Below, piece after piece: positions 40,098 through 49,585 of a stretch of 64,000 nucleotides of DNA. A program made the translations under genes and the position numbers. The notes beneath the pieces were generated by a model. That model was not told the origin of the DNA and searched no databases. It saw nothing but the letters and a program-made list of their open reading frames with translations. How positions within the stretch are numbered: position 1 is the stretch's first letter; the number at the start of each line of letters is the position of its first letter. This DNA is from an uncultured Acidobacteriota bacterium (GTDB lineage Bacteria; Acidobacteriota; Thermoanaerobaculia; Gp7-AA8). The stretch lies in assembly GCA_963741955.1 (NCBI GenBank), contig CAVUKB010000013.1:1-64000 (forward strand), written 5' to 3'.

Positions 40098-41414
40098 TCA
40101 CACCATGACGGATGCCGGCTCGCTGACGTTCAACTCCATCCCCTGAATGAACGCCTGACGGACGATCCGGTCGTCTCCCAGGAAGATCAGCGCGGCGAGG
40201 AGATCCTCGATCGATTCGGTCCGGGAGATCCGCATACGGAGAAGGGGAGTGGCGTGAAGGTCGAGAACGATGAAGTCGGCATCCTTACCCGGTTCGAGGC
40301 TCCCGGTCACATCGTCGAGCGAAAGCGCGTGGGCACCGCCGAGCGTGGCGAGATACCAGAGCTCCACCGGCGAGAGAGAGATCCCACGCACCTGCTGAAC
40401 CTTGTACGCATCCGCCATTGCGTTGAAGAGGGATGGCGAGGTTCCCGCGCCGATGTCGCTGCCGAGCCCGACCGGAATGCCGTGGCTCATGATTCTCGTC
40501 AGCGGGAAGAGACCGCTCCCGAGGAAGAGATTGGAGTTCGGGCAGTGTGCAATCCGGGTCTGGCGCTCTCCCAGAAGCTCGAGCTCCGCCTCGGAAAGGT
40601 GCACGCCATGAGCGAGAATCGTCCGGTCGCTCAGAAGGCCGAAATGGTCGTACACCGAGACGTAGTCCCGGATGTCGGGGAAGAGCTCTGCGACCCATTG
40701 ATTTTCTGCGACGTTCTCTGCGACGTGACTCTGTACATACGCATCCGGGAACTCTTCCTTCAGTCGCCCCGCGAGACGGAGCAGACGTGCGCTGGATGTC
40801 GGCGCAAACCGGGGGGTGATCGCGTATCGCAGCAGCCCGCGGCCGTGCCATTTCAGCAGGAGCTCCCGGCTGAGCGCCCACGACTCGTCCGGATCTTCGA
40901 TGAGATTCTCCGGAGCGTTCCGGTCCATCATCGTCTTCCCGATGATCGCGCGGAAGTTCCTTCTTTCCGCCTCTTCGAAAAAGACATCCGTCGCTGCGGC
41001 GTGAATGGTCGAAAAAATCAAGGCCGTGACGGTCCCGTTGCGCAACAGCTCCGTGTAGAGGGCGCGTGCGACGGTTCTCGCGTGCGTCGTATCGGCGAAA
41101 CGGCTCTCGGTCGGAAAGGTATGCCGGTTGAGCCACTCCAGGAGATGACCGCCGTACGAACCGATCATCTCGAGCTGTGGTGCGTGAAGGTGCGTGTCGA
41201 CGAACCCTGGAGAGATCAGGGCTTCGCGTCCGAGGTCGACCACCGATTCTCGTGCCGCCAGCACGGGATCGAGGTTCGCCCATTCTCCAACGTCGACGAT
41301 CTTTCCATCCGCGACACGGAGAAACCCATCCGCAAAGTAGAGCCACTGCGGCTGCTCGCGCTCGGCGAACGGATCGGCCAGAGGCGTGAAGACGCGCGCC
41401 CGGTAGATGGTCAT
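40098..41414 (-). CDS. guaD: Guanine deaminase
   Basis: 'PGFVDTHLHAPQ', 'LLEWL..TFPTE', 'ITPRFAPT', 'HCPNSNLFLGSG', 'GSDIGAG'. Confidence 0.93.
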   Translation of the reverse strand: MTIYRARVFTPLADPFAEREQPQWLYFADGFLRVADGKIVDVGEWANLDPVLAARESVVDLGREALISPGFVDTHLHAPQLEMIGSYGGHLLEWLNRHTFPTESRFADTTHARTVARALYTELLRNGTVTALIFSTIHAAATDVFFEEAERRNFRAIIGKTMMDRNAPENLIEDPDESWALSRELLLKWHGRGLLRYAITPRFAPTSSARLLRLAGRLKEEFPDAYVQSHVAENVAENQWVAELFPDIRDYVSVYDHFGLLSDRTILAHGVHLSEAELELLGERQTRIAHCPNSNLFLGSGLFPLTRIMSHGIPVGLGSDIGAGTSPSLFNAMADAYKVQQVRGISLSPVELWYLATLGGAHALSLDDVTGSLEPGKDADFIVLDLHATPLLRMRISRTESIEDLLAALIFLGDDRIVRQAFIQGMELNVSEPASVMV

Positions 41415-41465
41415 GACCGGATCATTCTATCCAGTTCCTCGGCAGGGCAGGTACTTCGAGTTCGA

Positions 41466-43265
41466 TCACGTCCCGCAGCGGCGAGCCAGTGCACGTCCTT
41501 CGTCGGCATTCGGAAGGAGAGCGTGCGCGGCGCGTGCGTGACGGCACCGGCTGTCGTGACTCCCGCTGCGGGCAAGACGGACCTGAATCCGGTAATTGCC
41601 CGGATCGATTCGGGAGGCGCGCTCGAGTGAGGCCCGGCTGTGTGGCCCTGCGTAAATACTCATTCCGATGATCTGGGCCGTACTCCTTGCGACCCCGGCA
41701 CCCGAGATGAGGATCACTGCTGCCAACGCCAGCGGCCGGAAAACACGACCGCTGCGCCGGCTTTCCACCACCGGAGGCGCTCCCGTTGCTCCGAGTGCAG
41801 TCCAGGCCAGAAGGGCGGGAGGAGCGAGAAGAAGTACCGCGTCGAAGGCTCCGGTCACCACCGCGCCGGTGAGAGTCGCGAGACAGACCATCCCGAGGAG
41901 CGCTTCCTCCATCTCTTCGGATCGTGCGATCCGGCGGAGGGCAGCAAGAGCGATCATCACCAGCGCGACCAGCAGCATTACCACCGCTGCGACTCCGCGA
42001 TCGGAGATCCAGCTGACCCAGTCGCTGCTCGGCCACGGGTTGTAGGTCGTTCCCGGTTCGGAGGAATTGAGCGAAGGATCGTGCCGGGCGGCGTACTCGG
42101 GGTAGACCACCGGCCAGTTGCCGGGGCCGACTCCGAGCAGCGGATGATGCGCCGCCATGCGGAGTGAGTGCTCGTACTGGATCAGCCGCCCGCGGCCGCT
42201 CCCTTCGTCGTAGCTGACGACCCCGCGAACGGATTCGAGGTAGGGGTCGTCACTCCGCCAGTGGAGGTCGTTCGGAAGCCGGAGGGCAGCTACCACTCCT
42301 CCACCAGCCAGAATGAGGATGCCGGCAAGGCGCAGCCAAGTTCTGCCGCGCCGGCGGAGCGCGGGAGACGTGAGCACCGCTCCGATCATAACCACGCCGG
42401 CGGCAACCGCTGCGAGCCACGCCGCTCGCGACCGCGTGAGAACGAGGGCGGCGCAGACGAGTGCGGTACCGATGGACGAAAAAAGAATGCTCCGGAATCG
42501 CGACGCGTGAAGATTCGTGAACAGGAGGAGAGGAAGGCCGAACGCCGCGATGTGCCCGATGAAGTTCCGGTTTCCGAGTGTCCCTCCCGGTGCGCGATTG
42601 AGCGAAAAGATCTGCGGCTCGAATCCGTACGCCTGCATCAAAGACGTGATCGCGGCCACGACGACCGCAAGAGCGAGAGCAGCGACGAGCGGCGCAGCGA
42701 GTCCCGCTTCGCGCAGGGATCGCGCAATCCAGTAAAGCGCGATGGACGAAGCGGTGATCGCAAGCGCGCGCAGCCCGAGCCATCGGTTCGTCGCGAAAAG
42801 CGCAGATGTGGCGCTCAACAGGAGCCATCCGCCGAGGAGGAGATCGATCTTCGTGAACGCGATCCGCATCACCGCCCGGAGCGCAAAGAGGAGCGCCACA
42901 ACTGCAGTCAGGTGAAGAATCAATTCCTTCGGTACGAAAAAGCGGTCGAGATCGAAGATCTTGTAGGGAGTCGCGAAGAGCACGACGGCAAGTGCGCCGA
43001 ATTGCACCACGCGCAGTGAAAAGCGTTCCGGCCAGCCTGCAACCGGTACGTCTGTGACAGGCGGCTCTCCTGCGCGCCCGGAACCCGGAATCCCTGCCGG
43101 AAGCTCGATGGAGTCGTGGTCGGAGCTCACGCCGTTCTCTTTCTCGATCGGATCGGATTCATCCCCGCTCGTCCGGGATGCAAGAGGTGCGCTGAGCGAA
43201 GAGATCGGGATCTCGTGGAGGCGCTGACGCACCAGATGCCGGAACGCCGGGCGCCACCGTCTCAC
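41466..43265 (-). CDS. O-antigen ligase-like membrane protein with a C-terminal TPR-like tail (start uncertain)
   Basis: 'GTLGNRNF', 'LTRSRAAW', 'HPLLGVGPGNW', many TM segments. Confidence 0.82.
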   Translation of the reverse strand: MRRWRPAFRHLVRQRLHEIPISSLSAPLASRTSGDESDPIEKENGVSSDHDSIELPAGIPGSGRAGEPPVTDVPVAGWPERFSLRVVQFGALAVVLFATPYKIFDLDRFFVPKELILHLTAVVALLFALRAVMRIAFTKIDLLLGGWLLLSATSALFATNRWLGLRALAITASSIALYWIARSLREAGLAAPLVAALALAVVVAAITSLMQAYGFEPQIFSLNRAPGGTLGNRNFIGHIAAFGLPLLLFTNLHASRFRSILFSSIGTALVCAALVLTRSRAAWLAAVAAGVVMIGAVLTSPALRRRGRTWLRLAGILILAGGGVVAALRLPNDLHWRSDDPYLESVRGVVSYDEGSGRGRLIQYEHSLRMAAHHPLLGVGPGNWPVVYPEYAARHDPSLNSSEPGTTYNPWPSSDWVSWISDRGVAAVVMLLVALVMIALAALRRIARSEEMEEALLGMVCLATLTGAVVTGAFDAVLLLAPPALLAWTALGATGAPPVVESRRSGRVFRPLALAAVILISGAGVARSTAQIIGMSIYAGPHSRASLERASRIDPGNYRIQVRLARSGSHDSRCRHARAAHALLPNADEGRALARRCGT

Positions 43266-44203
43266 TCTTTCGGATCGTCATCGGGGTTGAGCGACTCGCG
43301 ATCGTCGTCCCCGGCGACGAGTTTCCTCAGGACGTTCGCCTGCTGCCGCTCCGTCACGATCTCTGGGCGTACCGGTTCGTCCCCTTCCAGGCTCGCGGCG
43401 AGATGATCGCTCCCTTTCTCCAGAGAATCGAGAAACGACTCCTCACTCGAGGGCACCATGGGAGTCTCCTCGCGAGACCGCGAGCGTGCGGAACGTCGTT
43501 CCGACTGGCTGAATTGACTGTCCCAGGCGAGGATCGTCGGCACCAGCCGTTCGTAAAGCTCACACGTCGCGCGGACGTCTTCCAGACAGTACTCCGCGAT
43601 CTCGCGATAGCGGCCGGCGCGGTACATCGTCTCGACCATGCGTCCGTCCATTCCTTCGCTCTTCGAGCTGTCGATTCCGAACGACTTGCATGCGAGATCG
43701 AGGTTGAACCTGAACTGACGCGAGTTGACCGTCCCCTTGAAGTTGAGGGCGTCGCGGAGATCGCAGTTCGGATGGAACGAGTAGCGGTAACCGATCAGAT
43801 CCCGTTTGGGGCGGACGCCGTGGATTGCGGAGCGAATCATCAGAAAAGGCCCGTCGAACTGCCTCCCGTTGAACGTGACTACGCGGTCGTCTTCGCCGAG
43901 AAACTCCCAGAACTTCTCGAGAATCGCTTTTTCCGAACCGCTGATGAAGGTTCGATCGCCATCCCGTTCAGTCACCAGCTCCTCCTGATCCGGAATCTCC
44001 ATGAACGCGCAGGAGCGATGGGTGTCGGCATTGACGATACCGATGGTGACGATCCGGCCGGTGAACGGAGAGAGCGCGCCGCGGCGTTTCTCTTCTTCCG
44101 CTTCGGCTTCACTGAGGCCCTTGATCAGGTACTCTCGGACGTAAGTGTCGTGCTCTTCCCACGGAGTCCCGACGGTCTCGATGTCGATGACGAGGCGTTT
44201 CAT
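43262..44203 (-). CDS. Predicted 3'-5' exonuclease of the PolB-exo / RNase H-like family
   Basis: ExoI 'DIET', ExoII 'VTFNGRQFDGPFL', ExoIII 'YCLEDV'. Confidence 0.85.
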   Translation of the reverse strand: MKRLVIDIETVGTPWEEHDTYVREYLIKGLSEAEAEEEKRRGALSPFTGRIVTIGIVNADTHRSCAFMEIPDQEELVTERDGDRTFISGSEKAILEKFWEFLGEDDRVVTFNGRQFDGPFLMIRSAIHGVRPKRDLIGYRYSFHPNCDLRDALNFKGTVNSRQFRFNLDLACKSFGIDSSKSEGMDGRMVETMYRAGRYREIAEYCLEDVRATCELYERLVPTILAWDSQFSQSERRSARSRSREETPMVPSSEESFLDSLEKGSDHLAASLEGDEPVRPEIVTERQQANVLRKLVAGDDDRESLNPDDDPKE

Positions 44204-44252
44204 GATCGGTGAGAACTCATTTTACCGCGGATTATTCGCCGCTTCGCTCCGG

Positions 44253-44287
44253 AAAAGGAAAAGCCCCGTCGGGTGACGGGGCTTCCA
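44253..44287 (-). terminator. Intrinsic terminator after mdh
   Basis: AAGCCCCGTC-ACCC-GACGGGGCTTTTCCTTTT. Confidence 0.85.
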
Positions 44288-44309
44288 TTCAGTCGTGAAC
44301 GGGCTGCGA

Positions 44310-45245
44310 TCAGACTGCAGCGCCGGTCTTCAGTTTCTCGAAGAGCTCCCGCACTGCGGCCGCAGACTTGTCGAGAGCGGCCTTCTCGTCGGCGGTGAGC
44401 TTGATCTCGATGACCTGCTCCATCCCGTCGCGACCGAGCTTGACCGGTACGCCGACGTAGAGGTCCTTCAGCCCGTATTCTCCGGTGAGATACGCGGCAC
44501 ACGGAAGGATCTTCTTCTTGTCTTTGAGGATCGCCTCGACCATCTCCGCTGCAGCGGACGAGGGAGCGTACCAGGCGGACGTCTTCAGCAGATTCACGAT
44601 CTCCGCCCCGCCGCTGCGGGTCCGATCGACGATCGCGTCGATCCGTTCCTTCGAGATGAGCTCCGTGATCGGGACACCCGCGACCGTCGAATAGCGCGGC
44701 AGAGGCACCATCGTGTCTCCGTGTCCTCCGAGCACGAACGCGTGGGTGTTCTCGACCGACACGTTCAATTCCATCGCGATGAACGCACGCATGCGCGCCG
44801 AGTCGAGGACTCCGGCCATGCCGATCACGCGCTCGCGGGGGAAGCCCGAAACACGCCGCGCCACTTCGCACATCGCGTCCAGCGGGTTCGAGACGATGAT
44901 CAGAATTGCCTTGGGGCTTCGCTTCGCGACCTGCTCGGTCACCGAGGCGACGATCTCTTCGTTCTTCCAGAGAAGGTCGTCACGACTCATTCCGGGTTTT
45001 CTCGGGAGCCCCGCCGTGATCACGATGATGTCCGATCCCGCCGTCTCGTCGTAGGTGTTCGTGCCGATCATGTGCGCGTCGAATTTCTCGACCGGCGCGG
45101 CTTCGAGCATGTCGAGCGTCTTTCCCTGCGGGACGCCTTCGACGATGTCGACCAGTACGACGTCTGCAAGTTCTTTTTCTGCGATCCGCTGACCGAGCGT
45201 GGCCCCGACGTTGCCCGCTCCGACTACGGTAACTTTCGTTTTCAT
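44310..45245 (-). CDS. mdh: Malate dehydrogenase (LDH-like)
   Basis: 'GAGNVG', '[15 protein letters not shown]', 'SNPLD', 'LDSAR', 'GGHGD'. Confidence 0.97.
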   Translation of the reverse strand: MKTKVTVVGAGNVGATLGQRIAEKELADVVLVDIVEGVPQGKTLDMLEAAPVEKFDAHMIGTNTYDETAGSDIIVITAGLPRKPGMSRDDLLWKNEEIVASVTEQVAKRSPKAILIIVSNPLDAMCEVARRVSGFPRERVIGMAGVLDSARMRAFIAMELNVSVENTHAFVLGGHGDTMVPLPRYSTVAGVPITELISKERIDAIVDRTRSGGAEIVNLLKTSAWYAPSSAAAEMVEAILKDKKKILPCAAYLTGEYGLKDLYVGVPVKLGRDGMEQVIEIKLTADEKAALDKSAAAVRELFEKLKTGAAV

Positions 45246-45441
45246 GTCGTCCTCCAGCTATCGGGAGAGTAGCGGGGCGATTCTATCGCAGAGGGACTCG
45301 TTTTCAACCGCCCCGGCGATGGAGATCTCGAGCTCGTCTCCTTCGTTCCTGATGATTTTTTCAGCAGTCACTCGATGCACCGCTCCCCCGCCGCTCGAGC
45401 TCAGCTGGCACCCGGTTCGCTCGTACCGGGTCGGATTCTTC

Positions 45442-45786
45442 ATGTTCAGAGAGTTCACGGAAACCGCCCGCCAGGTGGCATCGACCCGACGCCGCTCGGT
45501 GAAGGAGCAGCTTCTCGCCGAGTATCTCGCCGCGCTCCACGATCCCTCTCTCGAGCGCGCCGCAGTATTCCTGCGCTACGGTCCACTCCGGCTGGTCGAG
45601 CCGGACGTGGTGGTCGAGATCGCATTCGACCGGATCCAGGAGTCGAAGCGGCACAAATCGGGTTACGCCCTCCGCTTTCCCCGCATCGTACGGAAGAGGG
45701 ACGACAAGAGCGTGGAACAGATCTCGACGCTCGATGAAGTGCGGACCATCTACGAAGGACAACTGGAACGGGAGAAAGGGAGATAA
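45442..45786 (+). pseudogene. Internally deleted ATP-dependent DNA ligase (N-terminal ~44 aa fused in frame to the C-terminal OB-fold end)
   Basis: 'FREFTETARQVASTRRRSVKEQLLAEYL' joined to 'VEPDVVVEIAFDRIQESKRHKSGYALRFPRI..R.DK'; no KxDG adenylation motif. Confidence 0.75.
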
Positions 45787-45837
45787 AGGGTGGCCGATTT
45801 CCCCTCTGCCGGGAGTTCCTTTAAGATTCTCGGCCGC

Positions 45838-46959
45838 ATGCCAGGGCACGTCAGAGTGGGCGACTCATTCATCGCCCGCCCTCCGGAGCGACTGACTCTC
45901 GAGGAAGGGTTCGAGTTCGACGACGGGGGGAAGATCGCTCCCTTCGAGATCGTCTACGAGACGTACGGCGAGCTCAATCAGGACCGCTCGAACGCGATTC
46001 TCGTCTGCCACGCGCTCTCACCGAGTGCTCACGCTGCCGGCAAGTACCGGCCGGAGGAAGACCGGGCCGGCTGGTGGGACGGGCTGATCGGCTACGGAAA
46101 AGGAATCGATCTCGATCGTTTCTTCGTGGTCTGCGTCAACTTTCCGGGCTCGTGTCTCGGCACGACCGGACCGAACAGCGTCAATCCGGCGACCGGCAGG
46201 CCGTACGGCTCGGCCTACCCCTGGGTCACGATCGAAGACATGGTCCGGGCCGAGAAGATCGTGGTCGACCATCTCGGCATCGATCGCCTGGCGGCGGTGG
46301 CGGGAGGCTCGCTCGGTGGGATGCAGGCACTCCTCTGGTGTGTGCTCTACCCCGGATACGTCGGGAGTCTGGTCGCGATGGCAGCCGCGGCCGCGGTCCC
46401 GGTGGAAGGTCTGGCGTGGCACCACATCGGGCGAAAGGTCATCGAGAACGATCCGGACTTTCACGACGGTGATTACTACGACGTGCACCATCCTCTGCGG
46501 GGACTCCAGATCGCGAGGATGGTCGGACACATGACCTATCTCTCCACTGAAGGTCTGGAGCGTAAGTTCGGACGGCGGCGGAAGCGAGGGTCGCGGCAGT
46601 TCGAGGTCGACTCGTACCTCGAATACCAGGGCCGGAAGTTCTCGATGAACTACGACGCGAATTCGTACATCCGGATTCAGGCCGCGATGGACGAGATGGA
46701 CCTGGAGGAACAGTACGGAACGCTCGAGTCGGCGCTATGGAACTTCCGCTCGCGAGCGCTGCTGATGTCGTTCACCACCGACTGGCTCTTCCCGACGGCA
46801 GAGATGGCGAAAGTGCATCGGGCTCTCCGCGAGATCGGCGCCGATTCGAAACTGGTCGAGATCGAGTCGCCGAATGGACACGACGCATTCCTCGTCGACT
46901 ACGATCTGATCACGCCGGACGTTTCGGAGTTTCTCGCCGCAATCTCGTCCGCAGTCTGA
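45838..46959 (+). CDS. metX: Homoserine O-acetyltransferase family (MetX)
   Basis: 'YETYGELN', 'CHAL', 'GWWD', 'GGSLGGMQ', 'DANSY', 'GHDAFL'. Confidence 0.88.
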   Translation: MPGHVRVGDSFIARPPERLTLEEGFEFDDGGKIAPFEIVYETYGELNQDRSNAILVCHALSPSAHAAGKYRPEEDRAGWWDGLIGYGKGIDLDRFFVVCVNFPGSCLGTTGPNSVNPATGRPYGSAYPWVTIEDMVRAEKIVVDHLGIDRLAAVAGGSLGGMQALLWCVLYPGYVGSLVAMAAAAAVPVEGLAWHHIGRKVIENDPDFHDGDYYDVHHPLRGLQIARMVGHMTYLSTEGLERKFGRRRKRGSRQFEVDSYLEYQGRKFSMNYDANSYIRIQAAMDEMDLEEQYGTLESALWNFRSRALLMSFTTDWLFPTAEMAKVHRALREIGADSKLVEIESPNGHDAFLVDYDLITPDVSEFLAAISSAV

Positions 46960-46997
46960 ATCGACGGGTCGATGGCACGACCTCCACTCCGGGGACG

Positions 46998-49424
46998 CTA
47001 CTCGGCCGCTGAGGTTTCGCCGTTGATCGGCGCACGGTAGTCGCAATCCTCGGTGTTGCAGTACTCGATGCGTCCTTCGCGCTTGGTCTCCTTCTCCAGC
47101 AGGTACGGTGCCGCGCACTGGGGACAGGGACGTGGGACCGGCTTGTGGGAGAGTGCGAACTTGCATTTCGGGTAACGGGAGCAGGAGTAGAAAATCCCGC
47201 GCCTCGAGCTGCGCTCCACCATCTCGCCTTCACCGCACTCGGGACATTTCACTCCCGTCGGCTCGGCCGGTTTGCGACCGTTCGCGCCGATCTTCCGGAT
47301 GTTCTGACAGTCCGGATAGCCGGAGCAACTGTAGAAGGGGCCGTATCGCCCGCTCTTGAGGACCATCTCTTTGCCGCACTTCTCGCACGGCGGCTGCGGC
47401 TCGTCGGTGATCCCGGCTTTCAGAATTCGCGGGTCCTTGGTGTTGCGGCACTCGGGATATCCGGTACATGCCCAGAACTGTCCGAAGCGGGAGCGCTTCA
47501 GAGTCATCGGCTTGCCGCACTTGTCGCAGGTGATCGCCTCTTCCGGCTGCGCGGCCTGAGTGGAGAGTTTTGCGATCTCCTTCGTGAACTTGCAGTCGGG
47601 ATAGTTCGTGCACGCGAGAAACTCGCCGAAGCGTCCGAACTTGATGGCCATCGGCGCGCCACACTTCTCGCAGACTTCTTCGGTCTTGATCCCTTCGCCC
47701 TTGACCTGTTGCATCTCGTCACGGGCTTTCTCGAGGTCCCGATTGAACTCCTTCGAGAATCGGGTCAACGCCTTCTTCCAGTCCATCTTTCCTTCTTCGA
47801 TCTCGTCGAGCTCTTCTTCGAGCTTCGCGGTGTAGCCCGCGTCGATGATGTCGGCGAAGGAGTGGGTCAGAAGTCTGGTGACGAGGATCCCGAGCTCGGT
47901 AGGAACGAATTTGCCCTCGTCTTTGTAGGTGTAGTCGCGACTCTGGATGGTCTGCAGAATCGCACCGTACGTGGAGGGGCGGCCGATTCCGTTCTCCTCC
48001 AGAGCCTTGACCAGAGTCGCTTCCGTGAACCGCGGCGGTGGCTGAGTGAAGTTCTGCTTCGTGTCGATCGGCGGGAGCAGTTCGAGCACGTCGCCTTCGG
48101 ACATCCGCGGCAGTGCCTTGCCATTGTCTTCTTCAGGTACTTCGTCCGTAGTATCCGGTGTCGAGGCAAAGACGGCGAGAAACCCGGCGAACTTCATCAC
48201 CTCGCCGGAGGCCTTCAGGGTCACGTCTCCATTTCTGATCTCGACGTCGGTCACATCGAACAGGGCAGGCTTCATCTGTGATGCGACGAAGCGCTCGAAG
48301 ATCAGCTTGTAGAGGTTGTACTCGTCCTTCGAAAGGTACTGCTTGACTGCTTCCGGCTCGAACTCGAGGGTGGTGGGCCGGATCGCCTCGTGCGCTTCCT
48401 GGGCCGATTTCTTGGACTTGTATACGTTCGGCTTCTCCGGGAGGATGTCGCTCCCGTATTTCTTTCCGATGTACTCCCGAACCTCGGTCAGAGCCTCGTC
48501 CGAGACGCGCGTCGAATCGGTACGCATGTACGTGATCAGACCGACCTGTCCCGCATCGCCGAGCTCCTTCCCTTCATAGAGACCCTGGGCGATCGACATC
48601 GTGCGGCGGACCGGGTACTTGAATCTCCGGTAGGCCTCCTGCTGCAGCTTCGAGGTGATGAACGGCGCGGGCGGACTCTGCTTCCGCTCCTTCCGGTTGA
48701 TCTTGTCGATGACGAAGGAGCCGGAACGGATGGCCGATTCGATCGCGCGGGCGGTTTTCTCGTCCGGGATCTCGGCCTTCTTCCCCTTCAGCTTCGTGAC
48801 CTTCGCGATGAACGGAGGCGGATCGCTGGCCTGGAGTCGTGCGGCGATGGTCCAGTACTCCACGGGGAGGAAGGCACGGATCTCTTCCTCGCGGTCGACG
48901 ATCATCTTCAGGGCGACGGACTGGACGCGACCGGCCGAGAGTCCCCGGCGGACCTTGTCCCAGAGGAGTGGTGAGAGCTTGTAGCCGACCAGACGGTCCA
49001 GAATGCGGCGCGCCTGCTGCGCATTCACCTTGTCCATGTCGATCTCGCCCGGCGACTCGAGAGCCTTCCGCACCGCGTTCTTCGTGATCTCGTGGAAGAG
49101 AATCCGCCGGACCTTGGGCGTCGCATCCTTCCCGAGGATGTTCATCACGTGCCAGCCGATGGCTTCCCCTTCGCGATCAGGATCGGACGCGATGTAGATC
49201 ACTTCCGCCGTCTTCGCTGCCTTCTTCAGCTCCGCGACGACCTTTTCTTTCCCCTCGAGGATCTCGTATTTCGGCTCCCAGCTCGTCTCGTCGACGCCCA
49301 GATCGCTCTTCGGAAGATCACGAACGTGACCGACGGATGCCTTGACGGTGTAGTCCTTCCCGACGAATTTGTTGATTGTCTTCGCCTTGGCGGGGGACTC
49401 CACGATGACCAGATTCTTTGCCAC
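46998..49424 (-). CDS. topA: DNA topoisomerase I with C-terminal zinc ribbons
   Basis: 'IVESPAKAKTI', 'DPDREGE', 'SAGRVQS', 'ITYMRTDS', 'GIGRPSTY', multiple C4 ribbons. Confidence 0.98.
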   Translation of the reverse strand: MAKNLVIVESPAKAKTINKFVGKDYTVKASVGHVRDLPKSDLGVDETSWEPKYEILEGKEKVVAELKKAAKTAEVIYIASDPDREGEAIGWHVMNILGKDATPKVRRILFHEITKNAVRKALESPGEIDMDKVNAQQARRILDRLVGYKLSPLLWDKVRRGLSAGRVQSVALKMIVDREEEIRAFLPVEYWTIAARLQASDPPPFIAKVTKLKGKKAEIPDEKTARAIESAIRSGSFVIDKINRKERKQSPPAPFITSKLQQEAYRRFKYPVRRTMSIAQGLYEGKELGDAGQVGLITYMRTDSTRVSDEALTEVREYIGKKYGSDILPEKPNVYKSKKSAQEAHEAIRPTTLEFEPEAVKQYLSKDEYNLYKLIFERFVASQMKPALFDVTDVEIRNGDVTLKASGEVMKFAGFLAVFASTPDTTDEVPEEDNGKALPRMSEGDVLELLPPIDTKQNFTQPPPRFTEATLVKALEENGIGRPSTYGAILQTIQSRDYTYKDEGKFVPTELGILVTRLLTHSFADIIDAGYTAKLEEELDEIEEGKMDWKKALTRFSKEFNRDLEKARDEMQQVKGEGIKTEEVCEKCGAPMAIKFGRFGEFLACTNYPDCKFTKEIAKLSTQAAQPEEAITCDKCGKPMTLKRSRFGQFWACTGYPECRNTKDPRILKAGITDEPQPPCEKCGKEMVLKSGRYGPFYSCSGYPDCQNIRKIGANGRKPAEPTGVKCPECGEGEMVERSSRRGIFYSCSRYPKCKFALSHKPVPRPCPQCAAPYLLEKETKREGRIEYCNTEDCDYRAPINGETSAAE

Positions 49425-49585
49425 GAATGCTCCTTGTCGTTACGAAACGGACGGAAACCGCCCGGACCCGGCAATATTCCGACGGGCCGGAGACGGACAG
49501 GTGGCGCACGCGACCCTTCCGGTACGCGAATGCCGCGCTGGATGACCGTGATTCCGACCCTCAGAAACGAGAACGGAGGGACGGA

